Of a stretch of 64,000 nucleotides of DNA, positions 39,337 through 49,155 are shown piece by piece; within the stretch, counting starts at the first letter, position 1, and the number at the start of each line of letters is the position of its first letter. Origin of the DNA: Candidatus Latescibacterota bacterium (lineage in GTDB: Bacteria; Latescibacterota; CBDEFO01); contig CBDEFO010000008.1 in assembly GCA_965237525.1 (NCBI GenBank), positions 576,001 through 640,000 on the forward strand, in the 5' to 3' direction. Position numbers and translations under genes: made by a program. The notes beneath the pieces were generated by a model. The model did not search any database and had not been told where the DNA came from. It saw only the letters and a list, made by a program, of their open reading frames with translations.

Positions 39337-40487
39337 AAAGAGTTGTTCTATTAGGATCGACCGGTTCTATCGGAACGAGTAGTCTCTCTATAATAGATAG
39401 CCTGTCGGACAAATTTCAAGTGGTAGGTCTCGGCGCAGGAAAGAACATAAAGCTCCTTTGTGACCAGGCTCGCAAATATCGCCCTGCAATAGTCGGGGTG
39501 GAGACCGAAGAACTGGCTGATGATCTCAGCCGTGATCTGTCCCCTCTGAATATAGGAGTGGTCTTCGGGATGGCAGGGTTGATAGAGCTCGCAGAGCATA
39601 AAGCCGACCTTGTGATCAACGGCCTGGCGGGGAGCATTGGGCTGATCCCTACTATACGCGCCATAGAGAGCGGAAAAGACGTAGCGATGGCTAATAAGGA
39701 ATCCCTCGTAATGATGGGGGACATACTTATGGAAGAGGCTAAAGAGCACGGGGTCAACATACTTCCGGTGGACAGCGAACCCGCCGGGATTTGGCAGTGT
39801 CTGGAGAATCATCCCGCTGAGCAGGTTCACAAGATAATTCTGACCGCTTCGGGAGGGCCATTCGTAGACCTTCCCAAGGAAGAATTTGAAAAAATCACTC
39901 CACAGCGGGCTCTATGTCATCCTACCTGGAAGATGGGCAGTAAGATAACCATAGATTCAGCTACTTTGATGAACAAGGGCCTTGAGGTCATAGAAGCGTG
40001 CTGTTTGTTCGGAATGTCACCGTCATCTGTTGAGGTGTTGGTCCACCGTCAATCGGTTGTGCACTCATTAGTGGAGTTTGTGGACGGCTCCCTTATAGCT
40101 CAATTAAGCCAGGCGGATATGCGCCTCCCGATACAGTACGCCTTGACGTATCCAGACAGGCTCCCCGCTAAAGTCCCGTCTTTGGATCTTGCCAGTCTTG
40201 GAAAGTTGACGTTTGAAAAACCGGATCTGCGGAAATTCCTGTGTCTGGAGCTCTGCTATGAAGCGGCAAGGATAGGAGGAACAGCCCCTGCCGCCTTAAA
40301 CGCAGCCAACGAGGTCGCAGTGGACGCTTTCTTGGGCAACAGAATAGGGTTTACGGACATCCCAAAGATAAACAGGATCATTTTAGAGTCTCACTCTCCG
40401 AAAGAGTCGCCTCTCTTGGAGGACGTGCTTGAAAGCGACAATCGGGCAAGGAACCTGACTCGACAAATGATGGAAAATTTATCATAA
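39333..40487 (+). CDS. dxr: 1-deoxy-D-xylulose-5-phosphate reductoisomerase
   Basis: LGSTGSIG, ANKESLV, PVDSE, TASGGPF, HPTWKMG.KITIDSATLMNKGLEVIEA. Confidence 0.97.
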   Translation: MKRVVLLGSTGSIGTSSLSIIDSLSDKFQVVGLGAGKNIKLLCDQARKYRPAIVGVETEELADDLSRDLSPLNIGVVFGMAGLIELAEHKADLVINGLAGSIGLIPTIRAIESGKDVAMANKESLVMMGDILMEEAKEHGVNILPVDSEPAGIWQCLENHPAEQVHKIILTASGGPFVDLPKEEFEKITPQRALCHPTWKMGSKITIDSATLMNKGLEVIEACCLFGMSPSSVEVLVHRQSVVHSLVEFVDGSLIAQLSQADMRLPIQYALTYPDRLPAKVPSLDLASLGKLTFEKPDLRKFLCLELCYEAARIGGTAPAALNAANEVAVDAFLGNRIGFTDIPKINRIILESHSPKESPLLEDVLESDNRARNLTRQMMENLS

Positions 40488-40592
40488 ATCGGGAACCCAA
40501 ATCTATGCAGGAGTGTCTATGATAATGTCTGAGAAGATTTGTATACAGATGCACGTTCTGGCCATGCATGATTTTCCCATTCATAATTTGAA

Positions 40593-42341
40593 ATGATGGC
40601 TATGCTTATATCCTACGTGACTACAGTTATATCCTTCATTATCACTGTCATTACACCCTTCCTATTTGTGTTGGGAGTTCTGGTCTTCTTCCACGAGTTG
40701 GGACACTTTCTGGTGGCTAAGAAAGCGGGGATCAGGGTGGAGAGGTTTTCCCTGGGATTTCCACCCAAGATGTTCGGTTTTATGATAGGTGAAACTGAGT
40801 ACTGTATTTCATGGATTCCGTTCGGTGGATACGTCAAGTTGGCAGGGATGTCGGACATAGGGTACGAGGAGGTACGCGGCGATCCGTGGGAATTCATGTC
40901 CAAGCCGATTTGGATGAGGATGTCTGTTATCGCTGCAGGACCGCTTATGAACTTCCTCTTAGCTGTTCTGATATTCTTCGCGATACTCTGCTTTATAGGT
41001 AAGACGACCTATAACACGACGGTGATAGGCCAGATAGGTTGGGACTCCTCCGCTCAGTCCGCTGGCTTGAAGTCAGGAGATCAAATACTATCTGTGGGCG
41101 GCAAGAGCGTGGAAAACTGGGATGACATAGCAGAGGCATTCCAAAAAGAGAGCGCAAAAGGAATGACATCGGTGGAGGTCTTAAGAGGAAATGAGACGCT
41201 GTTCTTAAATGTTAATATCGAGGAGGATTTGGGGATAGATCCTTTTATGTCGTCGAAGATTGGTTTGGTCTCAAAGGACTGGCCCGCCCAAAAGATGGGG
41301 CTTGATAGTGGAGATGTGATAACTTCGGTGGAGGGGGAAGCTATAAAAGAGTGGCCGGACGTGAGCAGGAGCATCAGAAAAAGGCCGATGGAAGAGATTA
41401 CCCTAGAGTGGATAAGGAACGGAGAGAAGATGTCCGGAGCGGCTGTGACCAAGACAAGAATCGTTTATGAACCGGATGAAAGGAACGTGGACCTAAATAA
41501 ATTAGTGGACAGTTCTTTGTCTTCTTTTGATAAGAAGACCAAAGAAAAGAAGGTGATAATCAAAAGATTTCTTGCTCACATGCCCATGATAGGAAGTGAT
41601 GAAGATCACTTAAACGGGTTAATTTCGAGCCTGGTAGAAAGGTCGTTGAACTTCATATCCCAGGATGGGGAACTGACAATTCGGACACAGTTTACAGAAA
41701 GCCCCCAAAATGAGAAAGAAGCGGCGTTAGCGATCTTCAGGATCGAAGCATCGAGGGTCTATCCTGAGGTTATTGGGCAAACTGAGGGAGGTCGGACGGA
41801 TAGATACACAATCAGGGGGGAAGACGGGGAATTAGAGGGAATAGTGGCAATCGAAAGGAGTGTCCAAGGGCAGGTCGCGGAGCTGACTCTATATCAGGAA
41901 TATGGGATAATAGGCATAAAATCCGCTGCAGACTATGTTCCCATAGGACTTCTGGAGGCAGCCCATGGGAGTATTGGACGTACTCTATTTATAATGAAGA
42001 TTATTGGGGCTATGATCAAGAACCTAATAGTAGGCGAGGCCTCGCTCAAGCAGTTAGGAGGACCGATTACAATAGCCCGGATGGCGGGAGACAGCGCCCA
42101 GTCGGGACTTGAGCAGCTTTTCACCTTCATGGCCGTTATAAGTATTAACTTGGGAATTTTGAACATGCTTCCCATACCGGCTCTGGACGGCGGACATTTG
42201 ATGTTTCTGACGTTTGAAGGGATTTTCCGGCGACAGCTTTCCATAAGACAGAAAGAGGTTGTTCAGCAAGTAGGAGTGGCTCTGCTACTGTTTTTGATGA
42301 TCTATGTTACCTTCAACGATATCGTCAGGATACTTGAGTAG
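40593..42341 (+). CDS. rseP: RIP metalloprotease RseP with ~140-aa insertion
   Basis: HELGH, FSLGF, GGYVK, AGPLMN, two PDZ domains, GPITI, NMLPIPALDGG; 582 aa is longer than the usual ~450. Confidence 0.93.
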   Translation: MMAMLISYVTTVISFIITVITPFLFVLGVLVFFHELGHFLVAKKAGIRVERFSLGFPPKMFGFMIGETEYCISWIPFGGYVKLAGMSDIGYEEVRGDPWEFMSKPIWMRMSVIAAGPLMNFLLAVLIFFAILCFIGKTTYNTTVIGQIGWDSSAQSAGLKSGDQILSVGGKSVENWDDIAEAFQKESAKGMTSVEVLRGNETLFLNVNIEEDLGIDPFMSSKIGLVSKDWPAQKMGLDSGDVITSVEGEAIKEWPDVSRSIRKRPMEEITLEWIRNGEKMSGAAVTKTRIVYEPDERNVDLNKLVDSSLSSFDKKTKEKKVIIKRFLAHMPMIGSDEDHLNGLISSLVERSLNFISQDGELTIRTQFTESPQNEKEAALAIFRIEASRVYPEVIGQTEGGRTDRYTIRGEDGELEGIVAIERSVQGQVAELTLYQEYGIIGIKSAADYVPIGLLEAAHGSIGRTLFIMKIIGAMIKNLIVGEASLKQLGGPITIARMAGDSAQSGLEQLFTFMAVISINLGILNMLPIPALDGGHLMFLTFEGIFRRQLSIRQKEVVQQVGVALLLFLMIYVTFNDIVRILE

Positions 42342-42376
42342 TCTTGACTCTGTCCCCTCAACTTCTTTTTCTGACG

Positions 42377-42895
42377 CTACTTTGCAATGACAGGCACATC
42401 AAAAAGACCGAAAACTTCTATGAGGATGCCAGTATCGCTGATTCCTATAAATTCAAAGTTGCCTTGGATATTATCTTGAGTAAGTTGCTCAACGATGATC
42501 TGTCCTGAAGTTCCGGTGTCCGTCCTAAACTCGGTGCTCTGCGATGAAAAGATGCCCTGCGCGCCAAATACACCGGTTTTGAGGAGCCCGTAGTTCTTGT
42601 ATTGGTCCCCAAAAGCGGTGGGGAATTGAGTATCAAAGTGGGTCTCTATAAAGAGGTCAATTATATCGCCGATAAGATCGCCTTGGTTGTCCACAGCCTG
42701 GAGATGTATGAACCTTATCTGGGCTTTCTGATTCGCCACGAGCGTAGCTGTAGCTGTCCCTGAGTCCTGGAACAGGAATTGTCTGTCAACTGTGGCAGAG
42801 AGATTTCCGGTCTTTTTAGGCGATGTAGATTCGTCTCCCCCGCAGGCTACAAGGAGAAATAGAATGGATACGACAAGGGCGTGTCTCAGTTTCAT
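42377..42895 (-). CDS. Hypothetical lipoprotein
   Basis: Signal peptide with lipobox LVAC. Confidence 0.75.
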   Translation of the reverse strand: MKLRHALVVSILFLLVACGGDESTSPKKTGNLSATVDRQFLFQDSGTATATLVANQKAQIRFIHLQAVDNQGDLIGDIIDLFIETHFDTQFPTAFGDQYKNYGLLKTGVFGAQGIFSSQSTEFRTDTGTSGQIIVEQLTQDNIQGNFEFIGISDTGILIEVFGLFDVPVIAK

Positions 42896-43011
42896 ATGTA
42901 GCTGTTATCCCGCTTGTTATCCTATCTCCTGACAGATAAAGTTCTGTAATTTACCTTCATGTCGTCAAGGAGTTCTATCTATAATGCTAAAGCAGAGAGG
43001 AGTTATAGAGC

Positions 43012-43603
43012 GATGAAATATCTTTCGATTCTTCTGACAGTCGCTATGGTATTTGAGACCATTATGTTCTCAGGTCCTGTCTTTGCCCAGGGCAAATTCG
43101 AGTACGATGTTCGACTCTATCTTAAAGACGGAGACATTGTCACCGGAAAATTGATCGAACATTCCGAAGATTTGATTATTTTGAAGGCTAAAAAAGAGAT
43201 ATTCACCTTTGAACCTGAAGAGGTAGATAAGATTGTCACCCTCGATTCCCTCGGGGCGGGGGCCAAGACAGTTGAGGTCATCACGTTTCCTAGGATAGGC
43301 TTTTTAGGAGCCACAGTCGGATTGGGAGCCGTAGCTCTCTTAGCGTTCAACAGCGCCTCCGAAAAGGACAAAGACGCAGAGAACAACAGGAGTTCAGATG
43401 ACCCAAAACTTATAGCATCAGCTGAGAAATTGGAAGATGAGGCTACGACGCGCAGGCTCATCGGCTGGATCGCCACGAGCCTTGCTGTGGGCGCCACAGG
43501 CTTTGCATTCTATCCCGAAAAGGAAGAAAGGCGAATCTTTCCCGACGTTAGTCTTATGCCCGGGAATATGTCTGTTAAAGTTACGTACGCTGTCCAGTTT
43601 TGA
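43012..43603 (+). CDS. Hypothetical exported/membrane protein
   Basis: Signal peptide (..VFAQ), LYLKDGDIVTGKL domain, two hydrophobic segments; SD GAGG. Confidence 0.7.
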
Positions 43604-43651
43604 ATCGGTATTTGGCCTTGTTACCTGATATTCGATTATGTTTTCCGCCCG

Positions 43652-44944
43652 TTAGATGCCTTCATAAAGCGTTGTATATGGTCCTGGCCAACTCTCACCA
43701 TATACTTCAATCACTTTCTCCAAATGTTCTCTTGGAGCCGCTGATTCTATTTCATCCAGATAATCGAAAAATTCACCCCTAGTGTTTTGTGAGAAAATCT
43801 TTGTTCCATAATCTATTTCTTCGCATAAGGGATGTTCCCTTAGATAACTATGACATTCGTTGTCTATGAACATGGCATCGCAATATGGCAATAAAGTTGA
43901 TATCATCTCAATATCATTATTTATGCCTAGATTTGGAAGCTTCTTTTTACCAGCACCAGCCTTGCGAGCTAACGCTGCAACTAGCAAAGCCCCAATCTTA
44001 TTAAATGGGACGTCCTTTAAAGAGGAAGAGTTCAGATACTCTGACGTTTTGGAGAATATATCGGAATCCTGTATCCCTGCCTCCTTAAACACCGCACGAA
44101 CTGAGTGAATTAAGATAGTTGAAACCGGAGGGGATAGATTGTTTGCTGTCATTTCTGCAAAGCCTGCTGATATTTCTGCAAGTCTGCTCAGATGAATCCA
44201 ATGAACTTGCAAGATTCCTCTTCCTAAAGCCATGCTTTCTTCCTCAAACCAATCGTTAAAGGTTTTATCTTCCTCATCTTTCCAGCGTTCAAAGACTTTA
44301 CTTAATGCCTCAAAAAGTTTTTCTCTATCCTTTCGCAAATTCTCTATCCCATCCTCACCTATTATCGAATCTACTGACAGTATCCATCTTTCTTGCCACG
44401 CGTTAATTTCCCCGTGTACCACAGAATGCACATCTAAGTTAAGATTTTCTTTCTGCTTACCAGAGATCCAATTCTTAGCATGCTCACATATTTGAAATCG
44501 TTCAATTCTCGTATGATCATCGAAGCTAACTCCATAAGACAGTGATTTATACATCCGCTTTAGAGGTTTAACATAAGGTGACAAAAGGGATTCCTCCCTG
44601 TGGAAAGCAGAGTCAGGACAAATTGCAAGCTGCAATTTACATAAGCTATGAAGCCTTTCAAGTAGTCTAACCCAAAACCCATCTAATGTTCCTTTCTTAT
44701 ACGCTTTCGTCTTAGGGTTAATTGCTTTCATCATATTGCTTATCGCAAATTGATCGATATATATAATTTTTTTGTTTAACTCAGGGAGAGGGTAACTCAT
44801 CGTGTTCCGACACTCTTTACATCTTCGAACGTAGTGATGGTCACAGACCATCAAGACAACAAAGCTGTCTGGAGCATTACAACGTAGGCATTTACGATAT
44901 GGTGGTCTAATAAATATTTTTGGATCAAATTCAAAGGTATTCAT
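43652..44944 (-). CDS. Hypothetical AT-rich protein, Zn-finger + possible PIN-like domain
   Basis: CLRC..C..CKEC N-terminus; IYIDQFAIS and NDIEMIS..LPYCDAMFID acidic motifs. Confidence 0.7.
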   Translation of the reverse strand: MNTFEFDPKIFIRPPYRKCLRCNAPDSFVVLMVCDHHYVRRCKECRNTMSYPLPELNKKIIYIDQFAISNMMKAINPKTKAYKKGTLDGFWVRLLERLHSLCKLQLAICPDSAFHREESLLSPYVKPLKRMYKSLSYGVSFDDHTRIERFQICEHAKNWISGKQKENLNLDVHSVVHGEINAWQERWILSVDSIIGEDGIENLRKDREKLFEALSKVFERWKDEEDKTFNDWFEEESMALGRGILQVHWIHLSRLAEISAGFAEMTANNLSPPVSTILIHSVRAVFKEAGIQDSDIFSKTSEYLNSSSLKDVPFNKIGALLVAALARKAGAGKKKLPNLGINNDIEMISTLLPYCDAMFIDNECHSYLREHPLCEEIDYGTKIFSQNTRGEFFDYLDEIESAAPREHLEKVIEVYGESWPGPYTTLYEGI

Positions 44945-44990
44945 TCATCATTCCGTTTGGGTTGTGGAATCCCAAAATGTTATTGTTCTA

Positions 44991-45227
44991 TCATTCTTTT
45001 GAATAGTGCTCAATCCTATCTTTAATCCAGTTCCAATCAGGTCTCCCATGATCGAAGAAGGATTCAAAATTGTCCTTAAGCCACTCATAGTAATCATCCT
45101 CAGCATATTTGCAGAAAGTCGCTACAAGCACTTCTTTGGAAATATCCTCAGGTATTTCTACCCCTTCAAGTTCTTCAGCTAGGAATTCCTGCAGAACTCC
45201 TCTATCAAGTATGTTGCCATCCCTTAT
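44991..45227 (-). pseudogene. Small acidic hypothetical gene lacking an in-frame start
   Basis: Open frame ILDRGVLQEFLAEELEG...EDDYYEWLKDNFESFFDHGRPDWNWIKDRI; nearest ATG is out of frame. Confidence 0.45.
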
Positions 45228-45301
45228 TGATTAGCTATCTTTCTGATATTCTTACCTAATTTCGCTATTGTGTAGACAATTCTAGTTATTCTAAGTTCCG
45301 C

Positions 45302-46498
45302 CTATCTATCCAGCTTACTCAGCCCCTCTTCTATTCTATCCAGAGCCTTCTCTATATTCTCCATAGACGTAGCGTATGAAAGCCTTATGTTCTCATCCGT
45401 CCCGAAGCCTGCGCCGGGCACGCAGGCGACTTTTGCCTCATCAAGGAGATAAGTGCACATGGCGACCGAGCCTTCTATGGCTTTCCCGTTGAAGCGAGAA
45501 CCATAGTAGGACGATACATCGGGATAGGCGTAGAAGGAACCTTTGGGAGTGATGCACGATGCTCCCTCAATAGAATTCAGCCTCTCTAGAATATATCTCC
45601 GGCGCTCGTCGAAGGCTTTGAGCATCTCATTAAAAGCGTCCTTGGAACCCGTTATAGCTTCCAGAGCCGCCATCTGAGAGATGGAGGAGGGATTTGAGGT
45701 CTCCTGGCTCTGGATCTTACCCATAGCCTTTATGACATCCCCTGGTCCCGCCGCGTACCCTATCCTCCAGCCCGTCATAGCGTAGGTCTTGGACACACCG
45801 TTCACAGTGATGGTCTGATCCTTCATCCCATCTCGAAGGGCTGCTATGCTGTAGTGAACCTCGCCGTCGTAGATTATGCTCTCGTACATCTCGTCGGAGA
45901 TGACCCAGACGCCTGTATCTAAAAGTACATCCGCAAGCCCCTCTAGTTCCTCCTTAGTGTAAACCGCGCCGCTCGGATTGGATGGGCTGTTCAGCATGAA
46001 CAGCCTGGTCTTGGGGGTAACTGCATCCTTCAACTGTCCGGGAGTGATCTTGAGGCCCGTTTCCTTCTCAGCCTTCACGAGCACGGGATTCCCACCTGCA
46101 AGCTTGGGCTGTTCAGTATACGTGACCCAATACGGAGCGGGGATTATCACCTCATCACCCGGATTTAGGATGGCCATCACAGCTATGAATATCGAATGCT
46201 TGGCCCCACAGCTTACCACCACTTCCGAAGGCTCGTAATCTAAATCATTATCCCTCTTAAATTTCTGGCAGATAGCCTCTCTCAGCTCAGGGATGCCCAC
46301 CGCTGGTGTGTACTTCGTAAATCCGCTCTGGATAGCCCTGTATGCCGCCTCCTTTATGTTCTCTGGAGTGTCGAAGTCCGGCTCTCCCGCGCTCATCGAT
46401 ATTACATCGATCCCCTGTGCCTTCATAGCCTTTGCCTTGTCTGTTACGGCCATAGTTATAGAAGGCTCCATCCTCTGTACGTTCCTCGAGATTTCCAT
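45302..46498 (-). CDS. aspC: Aspartate aminotransferase (class I/II PLP)
   Basis: AGEPDFDTP, YWVTY, NSPSNPSG, SDEMY, SKTYAMTGWRIG, RLSYA. Confidence 0.9.
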   Translation of the reverse strand: MEISRNVQRMEPSITMAVTDKAKAMKAQGIDVISMSAGEPDFDTPENIKEAAYRAIQSGFTKYTPAVGIPELREAICQKFKRDNDLDYEPSEVVVSCGAKHSIFIAVMAILNPGDEVIIPAPYWVTYTEQPKLAGGNPVLVKAEKETGLKITPGQLKDAVTPKTRLFMLNSPSNPSGAVYTKEELEGLADVLLDTGVWVISDEMYESIIYDGEVHYSIAALRDGMKDQTITVNGVSKTYAMTGWRIGYAAGPGDVIKAMGKIQSQETSNPSSISQMAALEAITGSKDAFNEMLKAFDERRRYILERLNSIEGASCITPKGSFYAYPDVSSYYGSRFNGKAIEGSVAMCTYLLDEAKVACVPGAGFGTDENIRLSYATSMENIEKALDRIEEGLSKLDR

Positions 46499-46600
46499 TC
46501 TTGATCCTTCTTTTTCCCCCCAAATTGGTAGAACAGACATTTTTGTCTGTTCCATGTCAGAGGGAGAATATCTGACCCACCGATACTTTTGGAGGGGACA

Positions 46601-47806
46601 TCAAGTTGTGTACTCAGCGTTTATCTTTACATAATCGTAGGTAAGGTCGCAGGTGTAGAACTCTATCTTCTCTGAACCTTGCCCCAGGTCTATGTCGATA
46701 CAGACGTTCTCCTCAGACAAGACCTCTACTGCCTTTGCGTGATCGAAATCGACTCCGAGACCGTTCTGGTAGACTGAGATGCCTCCGATCTTGACCGTGA
46801 TAGTTCGCTCATCCACATCTACACCTGAGTATCCTAGGGCGCACAGGATCCTGCCCCAGTTCGGGTCCCTTCCGAACACAGCCGTCTTGACCAGATTCGA
46901 CTCAGCTACAGATTTTGCTGCCTTTTTCGCATCTTCAAATGTCCTTGCTCCCTCCACTTTGACAGTCACAAATTTCGTGGCGCCCTCTCCATCTTTGGCT
47001 ATCATCTTGGCAAGCTCAAGCGTCGCGAAGTCCAATGCCTCCACAAACTTGGCGGTATCATCAGACTCCAGTACAAGGGAAGATGTCCCCGACATCCCGT
47101 TAGCCAGCACGATCACAATGTCGCTGGTGCTCATATCTCCGTCTACCGTTATGCAGTTGAACGAACGATCAACAGATTTGCGGAGCAGTTCTCCTAATAG
47201 ATCAGATTCTATGGAAGCGTCAGTAGTAATAAAGCAATGCATGGTGGCCATATTGGGAGCGATCATCCCGGACCCCTTTGCAATTCCGCCTACAGATACA
47301 AGACCGTCTGAAAGCTGGATTTCGACTGCGATCTTTTTGGGGAAAGTATCTGTGGTCATAATTCCGAGCGCCGCTGCGTCTCCCCCGTCCACAGAAAGTT
47401 CTTGTGCGATTCTCTTGATCCCAGCCTCAATCTTATCCATAGGTAGCGGGACTCCTATGACACCCGTAGATGTCGCAAGCACGTCCTCACTTCTTATACC
47501 CAGAACTTCTGCGGTCAGCTTTGCAGTCCTCTCTGCGTTTTCAAATCCCCTGTCGCCTGTACATGTGTTGGCGTTTCCGCTATTTGCGATTATGGCCTGT
47601 GCCCTGCCGTCCTCTAAATGCTTCTGATTAAGAAAAATCGGCGGTGCCTTTACTTTATTTTGTGTATAGACAGCCGCCGCATTTCCAGGGTTCTCTGATA
47701 ATATCAAAGACAAGTCCCTAAGGTCAGGATCGTCCTTTATCCCGCAGCGTATGCCAGCCGCTTTGAAGCCTTTGGGAGTTGTTACAGAACCTCGTATGAC
47801 GTTCAC
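46601..47806 (-). CDS. argJ: Bifunctional ornithine acetyltransferase/N-acetylglutamate synthase
   Basis: NSGNANTCTG, STGVIG, IMTTD, KGSGMIAPNMATM, DGEGATK, DPNWGR, TCDLT..YV.INA.Y. Confidence 0.97.
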   Translation of the reverse strand: MNVIRGSVTTPKGFKAAGIRCGIKDDPDLRDLSLILSENPGNAAAVYTQNKVKAPPIFLNQKHLEDGRAQAIIANSGNANTCTGDRGFENAERTAKLTAEVLGIRSEDVLATSTGVIGVPLPMDKIEAGIKRIAQELSVDGGDAAALGIMTTDTFPKKIAVEIQLSDGLVSVGGIAKGSGMIAPNMATMHCFITTDASIESDLLGELLRKSVDRSFNCITVDGDMSTSDIVIVLANGMSGTSSLVLESDDTAKFVEALDFATLELAKMIAKDGEGATKFVTVKVEGARTFEDAKKAAKSVAESNLVKTAVFGRDPNWGRILCALGYSGVDVDERTITVKIGGISVYQNGLGVDFDHAKAVEVLSEENVCIDIDLGQGSEKIEFYTCDLTYDYVKINAEYTT

Positions 47807-47925
47807 TCTAGTATCCTTTTATCTTTGTGACATTTTGTATGGATGAAAATCGGTAGATGGGAAGCAATGACATTACTTGGTTTTTTGCCTTCGGTCATTG
47901 CGTGAGTTGCAACCCCCAAGCAATC

Positions 47926-49095
47926 TCAAAAGAGGCATTTTTTGATATTCCTGACCGCCTGTCTGATGCGATGCTCGTTTTCAACAAGGGCGATTCTGAC
48001 GTACCCTTCTCCCTTATCCCCGAAGCCCACACCCGGGGCCACCGCGACCTCCGCTTCCTTCATAAGCTTCATGGAAAACTCGATAGATCCCATAGACTTA
48101 TATTCCTCGGGCAGGGCGGCCCACACGAACATAGTTGCCCTCGGCTTTTGGATAGGCCATCCTATGCGATTCAGACCGTCCACCAGGACGTCTCTCCTGT
48201 TCTTGTAAATCTGTGCCGCTTCTCTTACGCAGTCTTGAGGTCCGTCCAGGGCCGCTATTGCAGCCACCTGCACAGGAGTAAAGATACCGTAGTCGTAATA
48301 TCCCTTTATCTTTGCAAGTGCCGCTATGACATCCCTGTTGCCCACGCAGAAGCCGATCCTCCAGCCGGCCATGTTGTAGGATTTGGACATGGTGAAGAAC
48401 TCGACGCCGACGTCCTTTGCTCCCTTAACTTGCATAAGGCTCGGAGCCTCGTAACCGTCGAACACGATGTCCGAATACGCCATATCGTGTATGACGACTA
48501 TCCCCTGCTTTCGACCGAAGGCGGCTAGTTCCTCCAAAAACCCAATGTCTACAGTGGCCGCTGTGGGATTGTGGGGAAAGTTGAAGATCATCATCTTGGG
48601 CTTTGGCCACAGTTCCCTTGTGATCTCCTCTATGTCCGGAACGAAGTCCTTTTCTTCTTTCAACGGAATGCTGACCACGTTTCCGCCAGCTATAGCCACG
48701 CCGTAGATGTGAATCGGGTACGTGGGATTGGGAACCAGAGCCAGATCTCCCGGATCGAGCAGCGCCAGGCATATGTGGGCCAAACCCTCCTTAGAGCCTA
48801 TCACTGATATCGCCTCCTCCTCCCAATCCAGATCCACGTCAAAGCGACGCTTATAGTGACGGCAGATGGCCTTCCTGGTGGCGGGTATTCCCTTTGACGC
48901 TGAATACCGATGCGCCTTGGGATCGTGCGCCACCTCGCACAGTTTCTCTATTATGTGCGAGGGAGCAGGTCTGTCGGGACATCCCATCCCCAGGTCAATA
49001 ATGTCAACGCCCTGCTGTCGGAGTTTGAGCTTGAGGTCGTTGATGCGACCAAACATATAGGGTGGAAGTCTTTCCAAACGCTGAGTTTTAATCAT
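47926..49095 (-). CDS. Class I/II aminotransferase (AlaC/YfdZ-like)
   Basis: [51 protein letters not shown]. Confidence 0.9.
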   Translation of the reverse strand: MIKTQRLERLPPYMFGRINDLKLKLRQQGVDIIDLGMGCPDRPAPSHIIEKLCEVAHDPKAHRYSASKGIPATRKAICRHYKRRFDVDLDWEEEAISVIGSKEGLAHICLALLDPGDLALVPNPTYPIHIYGVAIAGGNVVSIPLKEEKDFVPDIEEITRELWPKPKMMIFNFPHNPTAATVDIGFLEELAAFGRKQGIVVIHDMAYSDIVFDGYEAPSLMQVKGAKDVGVEFFTMSKSYNMAGWRIGFCVGNRDVIAALAKIKGYYDYGIFTPVQVAAIAALDGPQDCVREAAQIYKNRRDVLVDGLNRIGWPIQKPRATMFVWAALPEEYKSMGSIEFSMKLMKEAEVAVAPGVGFGDKGEGYVRIALVENEHRIRQAVRNIKKCLF

Positions 49096-49155
49096 TTAGA
49101 TAGGCCCCTCCGAGAGCAAGTGGACAGGAGCACCTCTCTCATCTCTGTACGCTGT

